Positions 15,319 to 23,729 of a stretch of DNA of 32,000 nt are shown here, piece by piece (position 1 is the stretch's first letter; every line of letters starts with the position of its first letter). Where the stretch lies: the NCBI RefSeq assembly GCF_003261235.1, contig NZ_CP030085.1, forward strand, positions 1,779,988-1,811,987. The letters run 5' to 3'. The position numbers and the translations under genes were made by a program. The notes beneath the pieces are model-generated. The model was given only the letters and a program-made list of their open reading frames with translations. It was not told the origin of the DNA and made no database searches. This DNA is from Polynucleobacter paneuropaeus (GTDB taxonomy: Bacteria; Pseudomonadota; Gammaproteobacteria; Burkholderiales; Burkholderiaceae).

Positions 15319-17829
15319 TTAGAGCAACTCCTTATTCTCAAAAGTAGCGGCATAATCTTCTGCACTCAAAACTGTGCTGAATAAACCAACATCCTCTCCA
15401 GCATGCTTATTGATCCCCACATAATTAAGACTAGCATCTTCATAACGCTTGAACTTATAAACAGCATCATTCATTAAGCCGCTATTAAATACACCTAGAC
15501 TAACCAATATTTCAAAATCTTTAACTGTTAATCCAGTTACTTTTTTAAACAAGCCTGGCTCCAGCTGAGTTATCACATCTTGTAAACTTCTCTCCCTATA
15601 GTCTGTTAGATACATAAAAACTGGAATACGAGTTGCAAACTTTATTAACTTCTCCTGTATCTGTTTACGAAGATTCTTATACTCCCTCTCCTCATCAGTC
15701 ATAGTCTTCTTATCTTTAGCTGAAGGTTCTTTTTTATTGGCCTCTTGCTTTATTTTTTTGACACTTTCTGACTTATTGATGATTGTTTCTATTTCTTGGT
15801 TGAGATTACGGAATCCTTCAATGCTCATCAAGGCCTTCATCGCATCCTTATTATTCATAAGTCGCTGAAGCGTTGAATTATCAACGTTTACCAAGAGGGC
15901 GCTTTCCCAGCGCCTAGCCAATAAAGTTGCAGTGGTTCCACTCATAGCCAAATCAAGTATTCCAGCCGCATCAATCTGCTTCATGGAAGAACCGTCATAT
16001 GCTAATACTGGTAAAAACTTAATAAACTCTTCCACCTTTTTTTCTGGATTACTTTCATTTACCTCTAAGCGACAACTGTAATCTGCTATCTGCTTAAGAG
16101 CTCGGTCTGGCGCGAAATCAAAAACATAACACTCCTCTTTAATGATTTGCTCTTTATTTGGGGATGTACTATCTGTATTTTTGATAGTCCAAGGTGTTTG
16201 GACTCTAAAGGCCGCTTGAAAATAAGTTTCGGGTGATGTTGTATTGCGCAACATAAAAATACCTGTCCAAGGCTTTACTGAGACGCCGGTAGTTAGCTTG
16301 CCGCAAGATAAGGTAATTGTTTTTGTTTTAAGTGGATCATCCATAGCCTCAAAAATAGGCGGCAATGCATCAACTCCAATTCCAGCACTGGGGCCTGCGG
16401 CTATGATGACTTCATAGTCGTTATAAAACTTATTTTGCTTCTGCTTAAGCAAGCTCCCCATTGCATAACATGAGGCAACTGTGGGAAGAAACCAGAAGGT
16501 ATGAGAAAGTAAGTTTAAAAGCCGCGCATGAGAAAATGGCATTGGAGGTTTTTTAGCCCCCAACTTTAAATTATCTATAGTAGTTTCGGAAAATGATCCT
16601 CGAATTAAATCAAGCCATTTTTGAACTTCATTTTCATATTTAAATTTTGCATTCTTACCTTCTCCATTTGCCGAAAAAAATACGTTTAAATCAAATTCGT
16701 CAAATTCACCCTCCATTGCTATACGCTTTATAGAATCGGGTAATTGGTATGTCATCAGTACCATTCTTGGTAATGCGGCATACGGGTTATTAGGCTTTAC
16801 CCAAGCCATTTTTGCACGTTGCTCATCGGAATACGTCCAATTGTAAATTTGTTCTTCAATGAACTCACCTGAGCCAATCGCCCTAAAAGGGGTGCCCGAC
16901 AGATAAAGATACGAATTTGTTGTAATTGGCATGACCTCTTCATCAAAATATTCAATTCCTTCACCCTCTGCAAACTTGATCTCTTTTTTATCTTCTGCTT
17001 CAAAAAGTTCTTTTGCACTTTCTCTCCAAGCGCCATAATGATATTCATCAAAAACAACGCAATCCCAATGCGTTGTGTGAACCCATTCATTTTTTGCTTT
17101 GATACCTCCTACAGAGTTTTTACCGAGGTAGTCTTGAAAGGAGCCAAAACATACAAATGGTTTATTCTTTTTTAAATCTTCATAGTGCAAACCATCACGC
17201 GAGAGAAATTGCCAATCAGCAAAATCAATATGATTTTTTAGATCCTCTTCCCATGCATTCTGAACTGCTGGCTTAAAAGTAAGTACGAGAACTTTCTTCC
17301 AGCTCATCTGTTTAGCCAGTTGATACGTAGCAAAAGTTTTACCAAATCGCATCTTCGCATTCCATAAAAAATGCGGCGTTTTACTTTTATTTTCACTAGA
17401 AAAACTTTTGAAATACGTAATAGTCTTGGAGACAGCTTCAGATTGCTCGGGACGCATGCCAAAATCCGCCGTTCTATTATCTTCTGAGAAGACGCCTGAT
17501 TTCACCGTAATAATTGCGGCCTTAACATCAGCTACATTGCATTTAAACCATTCCCCGTTAGGATTTTTAAATCCTTTCTTACGTAACACTCTATGAACAT
17601 CATGATCAGTAAATGAACCACCATCACTTTTCATAGCTGATTCTTCAAGCAAAATTTGGTACGGTAATTTACCTGGTGTTTTTAATGAATATATTTGTTT
17701 TAGCCGCGCCTGAGCGTTAATAGTTGTAAAGCCAACTTTGAGCAATCCATTAAATTGTGGATTGCTATCTTGATATGCATAAATGGTTGGGTTTGTATCA
17801 ACTTTTTTTGGAAAAAACTCATTTGCCAT
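15319..17829 (-). CDS. T5orf172 (GIY-YIG-like) nuclease domain fused to an SF2 helicase (Type III Res-like)
   Basis: 836 aa. N-terminus IYAYQDS..GLLKVGFTT...RLKQ...GEWF (T5orf172/MUG113 pattern). Helicase motifs MRFGKTF (I), VVFDEYH (II), LSGTPF (III), KLTTGVSV (V), QAAFRVQTP (VI-like). Start lies 1 nt after the MTase stop. Confidence 0.85.
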   Translation of the reverse strand: MANEFFPKKVDTNPTIYAYQDSNPQFNGLLKVGFTTINAQARLKQIYSLKTPGKLPYQILLEESAMKSDGGSFTDHDVHRVLRKKGFKNPNGEWFKCNVADVKAAIITVKSGVFSEDNRTADFGMRPEQSEAVSKTITYFKSFSSENKSKTPHFLWNAKMRFGKTFATYQLAKQMSWKKVLVLTFKPAVQNAWEEDLKNHIDFADWQFLSRDGLHYEDLKKNKPFVCFGSFQDYLGKNSVGGIKAKNEWVHTTHWDCVVFDEYHYGAWRESAKELFEAEDKKEIKFAEGEGIEYFDEEVMPITTNSYLYLSGTPFRAIGSGEFIEEQIYNWTYSDEQRAKMAWVKPNNPYAALPRMVLMTYQLPDSIKRIAMEGEFDEFDLNVFFSANGEGKNAKFKYENEVQKWLDLIRGSFSETTIDNLKLGAKKPPMPFSHARLLNLLSHTFWFLPTVASCYAMGSLLKQKQNKFYNDYEVIIAAGPSAGIGVDALPPIFEAMDDPLKTKTITLSCGKLTTGVSVKPWTGIFMLRNTTSPETYFQAAFRVQTPWTIKNTDSTSPNKEQIIKEECYVFDFAPDRALKQIADYSCRLEVNESNPEKKVEEFIKFLPVLAYDGSSMKQIDAAGILDLAMSGTTATLLARRWESALLVNVDNSTLQRLMNNKDAMKALMSIEGFRNLNQEIETIINKSESVKKIKQEANKKEPSAKDKKTMTDEEREYKNLRKQIQEKLIKFATRIPVFMYLTDYRERSLQDVITQLEPGLFKKVTGLTVKDFEILVSLGVFNSGLMNDAVYKFKRYEDASLNYVGINKHAGEDVGLFSTVLSAEDYAATFENKELL

Positions 17830-17830
17830 A

Positions 17831-19342
17831 TCAATCTTCCATTGGCTTTATTTTATTAGAAATATGCGTTATTTCATCTTTCGTTAAGCCGTATCTTTCA
17901 TACAAATCTTTCTCAGACCATTTTTTCTTCATCGACAAACTAGGTGCGAATAAAAATCTATCTTTTGTTATATCTTGTGAAAATGACATTTGAGCCACAA
18001 GGAACCTAACAAATTTCGTTTTTAGATAAGAGGCTAAATTTTCTGCCTCCTCTTTATTGTCAAATGCACCAGCAACTAAATAGGTTTCAGTACATACGTA
18101 ATCAGGTGGTAAAACATCAACAATGGAAAGAACTTTCCGCATCCCTTGTTTGTCAGGCTGTCCAGCATGGTCATATGAAACTTTTGATGTAATTACTTTC
18201 CACTTATTAATTAATTCAAAACCTGTTGTGATTTCACTCTTTTTAAAAGGGCCTTCGCCACCATTCCACCTCAAAATTAGGTCACCAGTTTTAGTTGGCC
18301 TGATATTTGTAGATAGGCCAAATGGTTTTCTACTTGAGACTTGTTTACTTAAGGAAAGGTCTTTCTTTTGATTTACTTTTCGGATGATGGAAATTGCATT
18401 GCTATCTCTAATTAAAGTATTAAATTCATTTAGCGATCTAGTGGATTTTGTGGTCAATCCACTATTAATAGTTGTAACTTCACAGTCTCCAGCATGGTCA
18501 CGAGACCAAAGAAAATAACAAATACCCCCAGCAATATCAACACCTGGAAAACAATCTGAAGCGTTTGGAAAATCAATTAAATGGCTGAGCCTATTATCAT
18601 TCAACATTGAATTTCTAAATTCATCAAGCCCTTTACCACCAGCAAACCATCTTGACGGAACAATCATTGAAATAAATCTAGGATTTAATTTAATGGCCTG
18701 TTCAATAAACTTGTGATACAAAGGTGAGGCACTTTTCCCAAAGCCTCCATCGTTTAACTGGTATGGTGGATTGCCAACTATTACATCAAATTTCATATCA
18801 AAAATTTCCTCTGGCGATTCAGTGTGAATAAATTGATAGGCATGGGTCTCAAGCTCACTACCTCGATTATGAACCTCAATACTTGCTCCGCAGAAGGTGC
18901 ACTTATTGTTTTTCCATACGTGCTCAACTCTATCAAATTTAATATTGCCCTCAACATTTTTAAATCTATTTACTAATGAGTATTTGCCATTTGCATTTTT
19001 TGAACAATAAAGTGATCTTCTAGAAAGTAGTGAGGTTAATTCCGTGATAGCTATTCCAAATACTTGATTGGTCAATATATGGTTAATTCTTTTTTCTTTA
19101 TCAGGTATTACTTTTGCTAAACCAACATCTAGCCTCTTAACTATTTCGCGGAGGAAAACTCCCGTCTTACTCACTGGATCCAAAAAGGTTGTTTCAGTAC
19201 TTTTCCACAGACTTAAGGGCAATAAATCTAAAATTTGATTTGCTAATACTGGGGGAGTGAAGACTTCATCATTGCTTAGATTGGCTATGCATGTCAGCAC
19301 GTCTGGGTTATAGGTTGTGTTAACGCTCATTTGTAACACCAA
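17831..19342 (-). CDS. Eco57I/TaqI-family N6-adenine DNA methyltransferase
   Basis: 503 aa. VFTPPVLANQILDLL (motif X), FLDPVSKTGVFL (motif I variant), DVIVGNPPYQ (motif IV). Confidence 0.85.
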   Translation of the reverse strand: MVLQMSVNTTYNPDVLTCIANLSNDEVFTPPVLANQILDLLPLSLWKSTETTFLDPVSKTGVFLREIVKRLDVGLAKVIPDKEKRINHILTNQVFGIAITELTSLLSRRSLYCSKNANGKYSLVNRFKNVEGNIKFDRVEHVWKNNKCTFCGASIEVHNRGSELETHAYQFIHTESPEEIFDMKFDVIVGNPPYQLNDGGFGKSASPLYHKFIEQAIKLNPRFISMIVPSRWFAGGKGLDEFRNSMLNDNRLSHLIDFPNASDCFPGVDIAGGICYFLWSRDHAGDCEVTTINSGLTTKSTRSLNEFNTLIRDSNAISIIRKVNQKKDLSLSKQVSSRKPFGLSTNIRPTKTGDLILRWNGGEGPFKKSEITTGFELINKWKVITSKVSYDHAGQPDKQGMRKVLSIVDVLPPDYVCTETYLVAGAFDNKEEAENLASYLKTKFVRFLVAQMSFSQDITKDRFLFAPSLSMKKKWSEKDLYERYGLTKDEITHISNKIKPMED

Positions 19343-19997
19343 AATAACTTGTTAAAGGATAGTCCTTTACTGGTGTTGGAATGAAAACTCCATCACCCAT
19401 ATCAGAAAACAATGGCAATGATTCAATTTCTGCATGGATTAGCAATCCTTCAAATGAATAATCGCGTCGCTTTACGAACCCCTCTGTTGCTGGTGACCAC
19501 TCTGAAAATACAATTGGTTTTGGTGGATTCGACGCTGTTTGAAACGTCAATGCATCACCCCAAACAATATTCTTACTCAAAATAAACTCTATTGAGTTAA
19601 TGCATTCTTCTCTTTTATTACTCTTGTATGATTTATCATAAAATTCAATGAATTTATTGAGCAATCTTTTTCTGCAATCAACAACATTATCTTCAAGAAT
19701 GTCTATGCCATAAAGGCTTGAAACGGCAATAATCGAATAGCATTCAAACTCAGTTTGACTCTTTTTGTATCTTGACTCCACTGTCGCCAATTTTCTAGTT
19801 AATATTTCTATCAAAAAGTTACCATGCCCACATGCTGACTCTAAAAATCTTGAGTCAATTCGTTCTGTTTCATGCTTGACTAAATCAAGCATTGCGTTTA
19901 CCTCACGAGGGTTTGTATAAACCTCACCATGGTTAGTGACCCGATTTCTAGAAACAACTTGGGAATCGAGCGGTTCCTGTTTTAACTGGTTACTCAT
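19320..19997 (-). CDS. Methyltransferase-like protein lacking a canonical NPPY (degenerate N-lobe paralog)
   Basis: 225 aa. VYTNPREVNAMLDL (motif X), FLESACGHGNFL (motif I), LYGIDI (II), WGDAL (III), and only SNPPKP where motif IV is expected. Overlaps the next ORF by 23 nt in another frame. Confidence 0.7.
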   Translation of the reverse strand: MSNQLKQEPLDSQVVSRNRVTNHGEVYTNPREVNAMLDLVKHETERIDSRFLESACGHGNFLIEILTRKLATVESRYKKSQTEFECYSIIAVSSLYGIDILEDNVVDCRKRLLNKFIEFYDKSYKSNKREECINSIEFILSKNIVWGDALTFQTASNPPKPIVFSEWSPATEGFVKRRDYSFEGLLIHAEIESLPLFSDMGDGVFIPTPVKDYPLTSYFGVTNER

Positions 19998-20110
19998 TTA
20001 TATTTTTTTATTTCTCTAATTTGCCTTCTACAGCCTTATTGTCTAGTCAGGCTAACCTTGTTTAATGCTTTAACTATCATTTTGCGTTATTTGGCACGTG
20101 TAATCAATTT

Positions 20111-20127
20111 TGTCGTTTTAAACGACA
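20111..20127. repeat. 17-nt perfect palindrome TGTCGTTTTAAACGACA
   Basis: Lies in the divergent intergenic region between 19997 and 20203. The same 17-mer occurs at 21803-21819, 23517-23533 and 26818-26834. Confidence 0.9.
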
Positions 20128-20202
20128 TTATTAGTTAAGGGGCTCATCTAGTGAGCTTCTGGTCTCATATTCTGACTATTCGCCATAACTTAGGGGATAG
20201 TC

Positions 20203-20517
20203 ATGAAATTTCTTATTACCTTGTTCTTGATAGCTCAGCTTGGACTCTTTGTTCGCAACTCTAGCGCACAAGTAGCAAATTTCGATAACTCGCCATACAA
20301 CATGCAAAACAGCCCCTACAACATGGATAACTCGCCGTATAACATGCGTAATAGCCCTTACAACATGGATAACAGCGCGTACAACGCTAACTCAAAAAAT
20401 GGGGTTTATGACAACTCAGGCAATCGTATTGGCTATGAGGTTAAGGCGCCAAGTGGAGTAACAAATTACTTTGACAACTCAGGTAATAGGATTGGCTATA
20501 CGCCATCAAAACGATAA
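20203..20517 (+). CDS. Small secreted repeat protein: five NS(P/A)YN heptad-type repeats (four NSPYNM, one NSAYNA) and DNSGNRIGY x2
   Basis: 104-aa ORF with a signal peptide (...VRNSSA-QV), five tandem 21-nt repeat units and two copies of DNSGNRIGY. Confidence 0.7.
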   Translation: MKFLITLFLIAQLGLFVRNSSAQVANFDNSPYNMQNSPYNMDNSPYNMRNSPYNMDNSAYNANSKNGVYDNSGNRIGYEVKAPSGVTNYFDNSGNRIGYTPSKR

Positions 20518-20831
20518 CGCCATGTTGTTTAGTGCAATCATACTCAGCATTGTTTTGCCAATACAAGTATCGACAACTAGCCCCAGTTTTAAGCCATTCA
20601 TTGTTAAAGCCACAATTGATGCGGCAGTACTTGCAGGCCTTCCTTCCTCAAAAGCGGCAAAAAAATATGCTTTTCAATCTCAAATTCCAGATTTCTTAAT
20701 GGCAGAAGCATATCTTTCCTCTGAGCCTGTTAGCTGGAGGAGACTGTACTTTAGAAAAATATTTTCTTAATGGGCTCATAAAACGAGCCAGTGCATTAGT
20801 ATTTAAATATCAACGCAAATAAAGAGTCATT

Positions 20832-21800
20832 ATGGGTGATATGGAGCGGCTACATAGAATTAAGTACATGATTCAAGCGCGCCATTGCGTTTCGCTTGAC
20901 GAGTTTCTATCTGAGCTAGAAATATCAAAAGCAACCTTTAAGCGCGACTTAGAGTATTTGCGAAGCCGCATGAATGCGTCAATTGTTTACGATAGATTTA
21001 AGGGCGGGTACTGCTTTGATTCTGCCGTAATTGGTGAAAAAATTGAATTGCCTGGGCTTTGGTTTTCTGAAAAAGAGGCTACAGCATTAGTTCTAATGCA
21101 ACACCTCTTATCTGGCCTCGATAAAGGCGGCCTAATAGAGCCACACATTGCCCCATTAACCTCAATCATTGATGGCATTTTAGGTCAAAGCAACACTCCG
21201 ACAAAAGAACTGCGTAAGAGATTAAAAGTATTTGGAATGTCGGCGCGTAAAGGCTCTATCGAAAATTTTGAAGAGGTTGGTAACGCCCTCCTCACTCGCA
21301 AGAGACTTCATATTACTTACTATGCTCGTGGTAAAGATGAAACTACTAAGCGTGAAATTTCCCCACAACGATTAATCTTTTATAGAGATAACTGGTATCT
21401 AGATGCCTTCTGTCATCTACGAAAAGATTTACGTAGCTTTGCTGTCGACTGTATTAGCAAAGCAATCATTACCAACTCAAAGGCAGATGAGATTTCCGAA
21501 AAGCAATTACATGAACACTTTGCAGAGAGCTATGGAATATTCTCTGGCAAAGCTAGTCAACGCGCCAAGCTAAAGTTCTCACCTGAAAAAGCTAGATGGG
21601 TTAGTAGTGAAACATGGCATGGTCAACAAGTTGGAGCTTTCGATAAGGAAGGTAACTACCTTCTAGAATTTGATTACAACCAAGACCCAGAATTGGTAAT
21701 GGATATTTTGAAGTATGGAGCAGGCGTTGAAGTTCTGGCGCCAACAAGTCTTCGTAAACGAGTTAAAGATGAGGCTACAAAAACATTAGCTTTGTATTAA
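20832..21800 (+). CDS. YafY-family HTH + WYL-domain transcriptional regulator (BrxR/CapW-like architecture)
   Basis: 322 aa. N-terminal HTH (ISKATFKRDLEYLR) and central FYRDNWYLDAFC (WYL signature). Confidence 0.85.
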   Translation: MGDMERLHRIKYMIQARHCVSLDEFLSELEISKATFKRDLEYLRSRMNASIVYDRFKGGYCFDSAVIGEKIELPGLWFSEKEATALVLMQHLLSGLDKGGLIEPHIAPLTSIIDGILGQSNTPTKELRKRLKVFGMSARKGSIENFEEVGNALLTRKRLHITYYARGKDETTKREISPQRLIFYRDNWYLDAFCHLRKDLRSFAVDCISKAIITNSKADEISEKQLHEHFAESYGIFSGKASQRAKLKFSPEKARWVSSETWHGQQVGAFDKEGNYLLEFDYNQDPELVMDILKYGAGVEVLAPTSLRKRVKDEATKTLALY

Positions 21801-21802
21801 TT

Positions 21803-21819
21803 TGTCGTTTTAAACGACA
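21803..21819. repeat. 17-nt palindrome TGTCGTTTTAAACGACA
   Basis: Starts 3 nt after the WYL gene stop codon. Confidence 0.9.
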
Positions 21820-21942
21820 CGGCAAGTAACCACCCCGGATGGTTGGCGCGGTTAGGCAGAGTTAGGGAAAATAGACAGCGGTAGGCAAAGTCCAACAGCG
21901 TTGAATACTGTGGGTAACAGTAAACACTAAGACTAGAAACGA

Positions 21943-22023
21943 AAAATGACTGCCTAAGCAGTCATTTTGATGATTCTTGGTGGCCCGGGGCGGAATCGAA
22001 CCAGGGCCGAGGATGTCCAATCC
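21943..22023 (-). repeat. T-element copy 8 (hairpin ATGACTGCCTAAGCAGTCAT variant)
   Basis: Core at 21978-22016. Its first 26 nt are identical to 6760-6785. Confidence 0.9.
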
Positions 22024-22076
22024 GATGGCCAACATATCAAAGCAGGCCCTCTCAGCATGGTTCTCTACTTTTATTA

Positions 22077-22123
22077 AATGAGAGTGATTCTCAATAAGGT
22101 ATACAATGAGAATTATTCTTATT
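22077..22123 (+). promoter_or_regulatory. Two Fur-box-like sites upstream of the cupredoxin-like/OMP operon
   Basis: AATGAGAGTGATTCTCAAT (22077-22095) and AATGAGAATTATTCTTATT (22105-22123). Each matches about 12 of 19 positions of GATAATGATAATCATTATC and has internal dyad symmetry. Confidence 0.4.
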
Positions 22124-22141
22124 TGATAAAGATCTCATTTT

Positions 22142-22474
22142 ATGAAAAACACTATTGCTTACGCCTTATTTTGTCTCTTGATTGGGGTCGCTACCTTGGT
22201 GAGCGCCAACCAGTCAGAAATCACCATCAAGATTCAAAAGGGGCGCTTCTCACCTGCCCAAATTGAAATCCCAGCAGATACCAAAGTAAGACTGGTGATA
22301 CAGAATTTAGATGACACTCCAGAAGAATTTGAAAGTCATGATCTAAATCGAGAAGTGTTTATTAAAGCAAACAGTAGCGCCTCCTTTTATATTGGCCCAC
22401 TCTCACCAGGACGCTACAAGTTTGAGGGTGAATTTAGCCCTGAAACCGCTCAGGGCGTGGTGATCGTTAAATGA
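22142..22474 (+). CDS. Periplasmic cupredoxin-like domain protein
   Basis: 110-aa ORF with a signal peptide. The pattern F.P..I.IPA...V.L.I.N.D....EFES resembles cupredoxin-like domains found with iron-uptake genes. Confidence 0.65.
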   Translation: MKNTIAYALFCLLIGVATLVSANQSEITIKIQKGRFSPAQIEIPADTKVRLVIQNLDDTPEEFESHDLNREVFIKANSSASFYIGPLSPGRYKFEGEFSPETAQGVVIVK

Positions 22475-23238
22475 AAAAGATTATCTTTATACGGATTCGA
22501 TGCTTCACGCTACTGTTCTTTTTGTTAACCACCACATTTACATATGCCGGCGAATATCTCAGTGGGCCAGCTGACTATATCTATAGTCCAAGAGTTGAAG
22601 AAGGCGAGCGAGAGATTGATACGAAATTTGGCACCCAAAAGCCCAGAAGCGGCGAAGACTCTAGGCAATCAGGTGCCTCTATCGGATTGGGCTATGGTGT
22701 CACTTCTTGGTGGTTTACCGAAATATATGGAAAGAATACTTGGGATGGCAATAACTCTCAATTTGATGCTGTTGAGTGGGAAAATAAATTTCAACTGACT
22801 GAGACTGGAAAATATTTTGTAGATGTGGGGTTCTTAATTGAATTAGAACGCCCGCAAAATCGAAATGAAGGGTATGAGGCTAAGTATGGTTTTTTGCTTC
22901 AAAAAGACTGGAATAAGTGGCAGGCAAACTTAAACCTACTGATGCAAGGTCATTACACTGGCACCGAAAATCAAGGCACCTATTTTGGCTATCAGGGACA
23001 AGTGAAGTATCGCCTTCAACCCGAGCTTCAGCTAGGAGCACAACTGTTTTCTTGGCTTGGGCAACTGAATAATTGGAACACTAATCAACAACAGCAAACC
23101 AGTGTCGGACCGGCTATATTTGGAAAAACTAAACTTGGTCGAAAAGAGGCGCTTGTGTATAACGTTGCCTATCTTTGGGGAACAACTACCGCATCCCCAA
23201 AAAACACAATACGTATGCAGGTTGAGTATGAGTTCTAA
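22471..23238 (+). CDS. Putative outer-membrane beta-barrel protein
   Basis: 255-aa ORF with a signal peptide, alternating aromatic/Gly-rich strands and a C-terminal YEF. Overlaps the upstream gene by 4 nt. Confidence 0.65.
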   Translation: MKKIIFIRIRCFTLLFFLLTTTFTYAGEYLSGPADYIYSPRVEEGEREIDTKFGTQKPRSGEDSRQSGASIGLGYGVTSWWFTEIYGKNTWDGNNSQFDAVEWENKFQLTETGKYFVDVGFLIELERPQNRNEGYEAKYGFLLQKDWNKWQANLNLLMQGHYTGTENQGTYFGYQGQVKYRLQPELQLGAQLFSWLGQLNNWNTNQQQQTSVGPAIFGKTKLGRKEALVYNVAYLWGTTTASPKNTIRMQVEYEF

Positions 23239-23240
23239 TG

Positions 23241-23404
23241 AGCGTCGCTTAAATCGACGCTTGACCAACGCAGGGATGACAAATCCCCAATTCATAAACC
23301 GTCCTTTTAAAGGACGGTTCTAGTTAAGGAGGGCATTGGAAGACCTAGGGGAAATAGTGCCAGATCCTGTCAAGCCATAAAAGAAAAACCACCCGAAGGT
23401 GGTT
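23241..23404 (-). repeat. Composite repeat (modules A-B-C-X'-hairpin) lacking the tRNA-like core
   Basis: AGCGTCGCTTAAATCGACGCT (23241-23261), TTGACCAACGCAGGGATGACAAATCCCC (23261-23288), GTCCTTTTAAAGGAC (23301-23315), GGGGAAATAGTGCCAGA, hairpin CCACCCGAAGGTGG (23389-23402). Confidence 0.8.
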
Positions 23405-23515
23405 AGTGTCTCCTCCAACCGATAACGATCTTGAATTGGCTTTTGCTATGACAATTCAATTTTGCTCTAAGTAGAGTGGAATATAGCTAGGACTAACCCT
23501 TGGGCGTAATTAGAA

Positions 23516-23578
23516 ATGTCGTTTTAAACGACATCGACTGACGCAGGGATGAATAATTGACATGTCCTTTAAAAGGAA
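23516..23578. repeat. Palindrome ATGTCGTTTTAAACGACAT + module B variant + imperfect GTCCTTTAAAAGGAA
   Basis: 23516-23534; CGACTGACGCAGGGATGAATAA; 23564-23578. Confidence 0.8.
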
Positions 23579-23630
23579 AGTTCATGATGGGGATATCCGG
23601 CTCTTATGGCGATTAACCCTGCCAAGCCTG

Positions 23631-23714
23631 AAAAGAAAATAGCCCAGCAAGTGGGCTATTGAGATTCTTGGTGGCCCGGGGCGGAATCGAACCAGGGCCG
23701 AGAATGTCTGACTC
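23631..23714 (-). repeat. T-element copy 9
   Basis: Hairpin ATAGCCCAGCAAGTGGGCTAT; core at 23669-23708. Confidence 0.9.
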
Positions 23715-23729
23715 TAGCCCTAGACTACT

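Noticed and set aside
16797-18371. ORFs 16797..17090, 17408..17596, 17757..17993, 18123..18371
   Set aside because: They are nested in or antisense to the helicase and methyltransferase genes.
20471-20770. ORF 20471..20770 (or 20522..20770 from an internal ATG)
   Set aside because: The 5' part overlaps the repeat-protein gene. There is no RBS and no recognisable domain. It is left unannotated, but a small gene here cannot be excluded.
22078-23323. ORFs 22078..22266, 22544..22798, 23032..23295, 23102..23323
   Set aside because: They overlap the cupredoxin-like and OMP genes or run into the composite repeat. No support.
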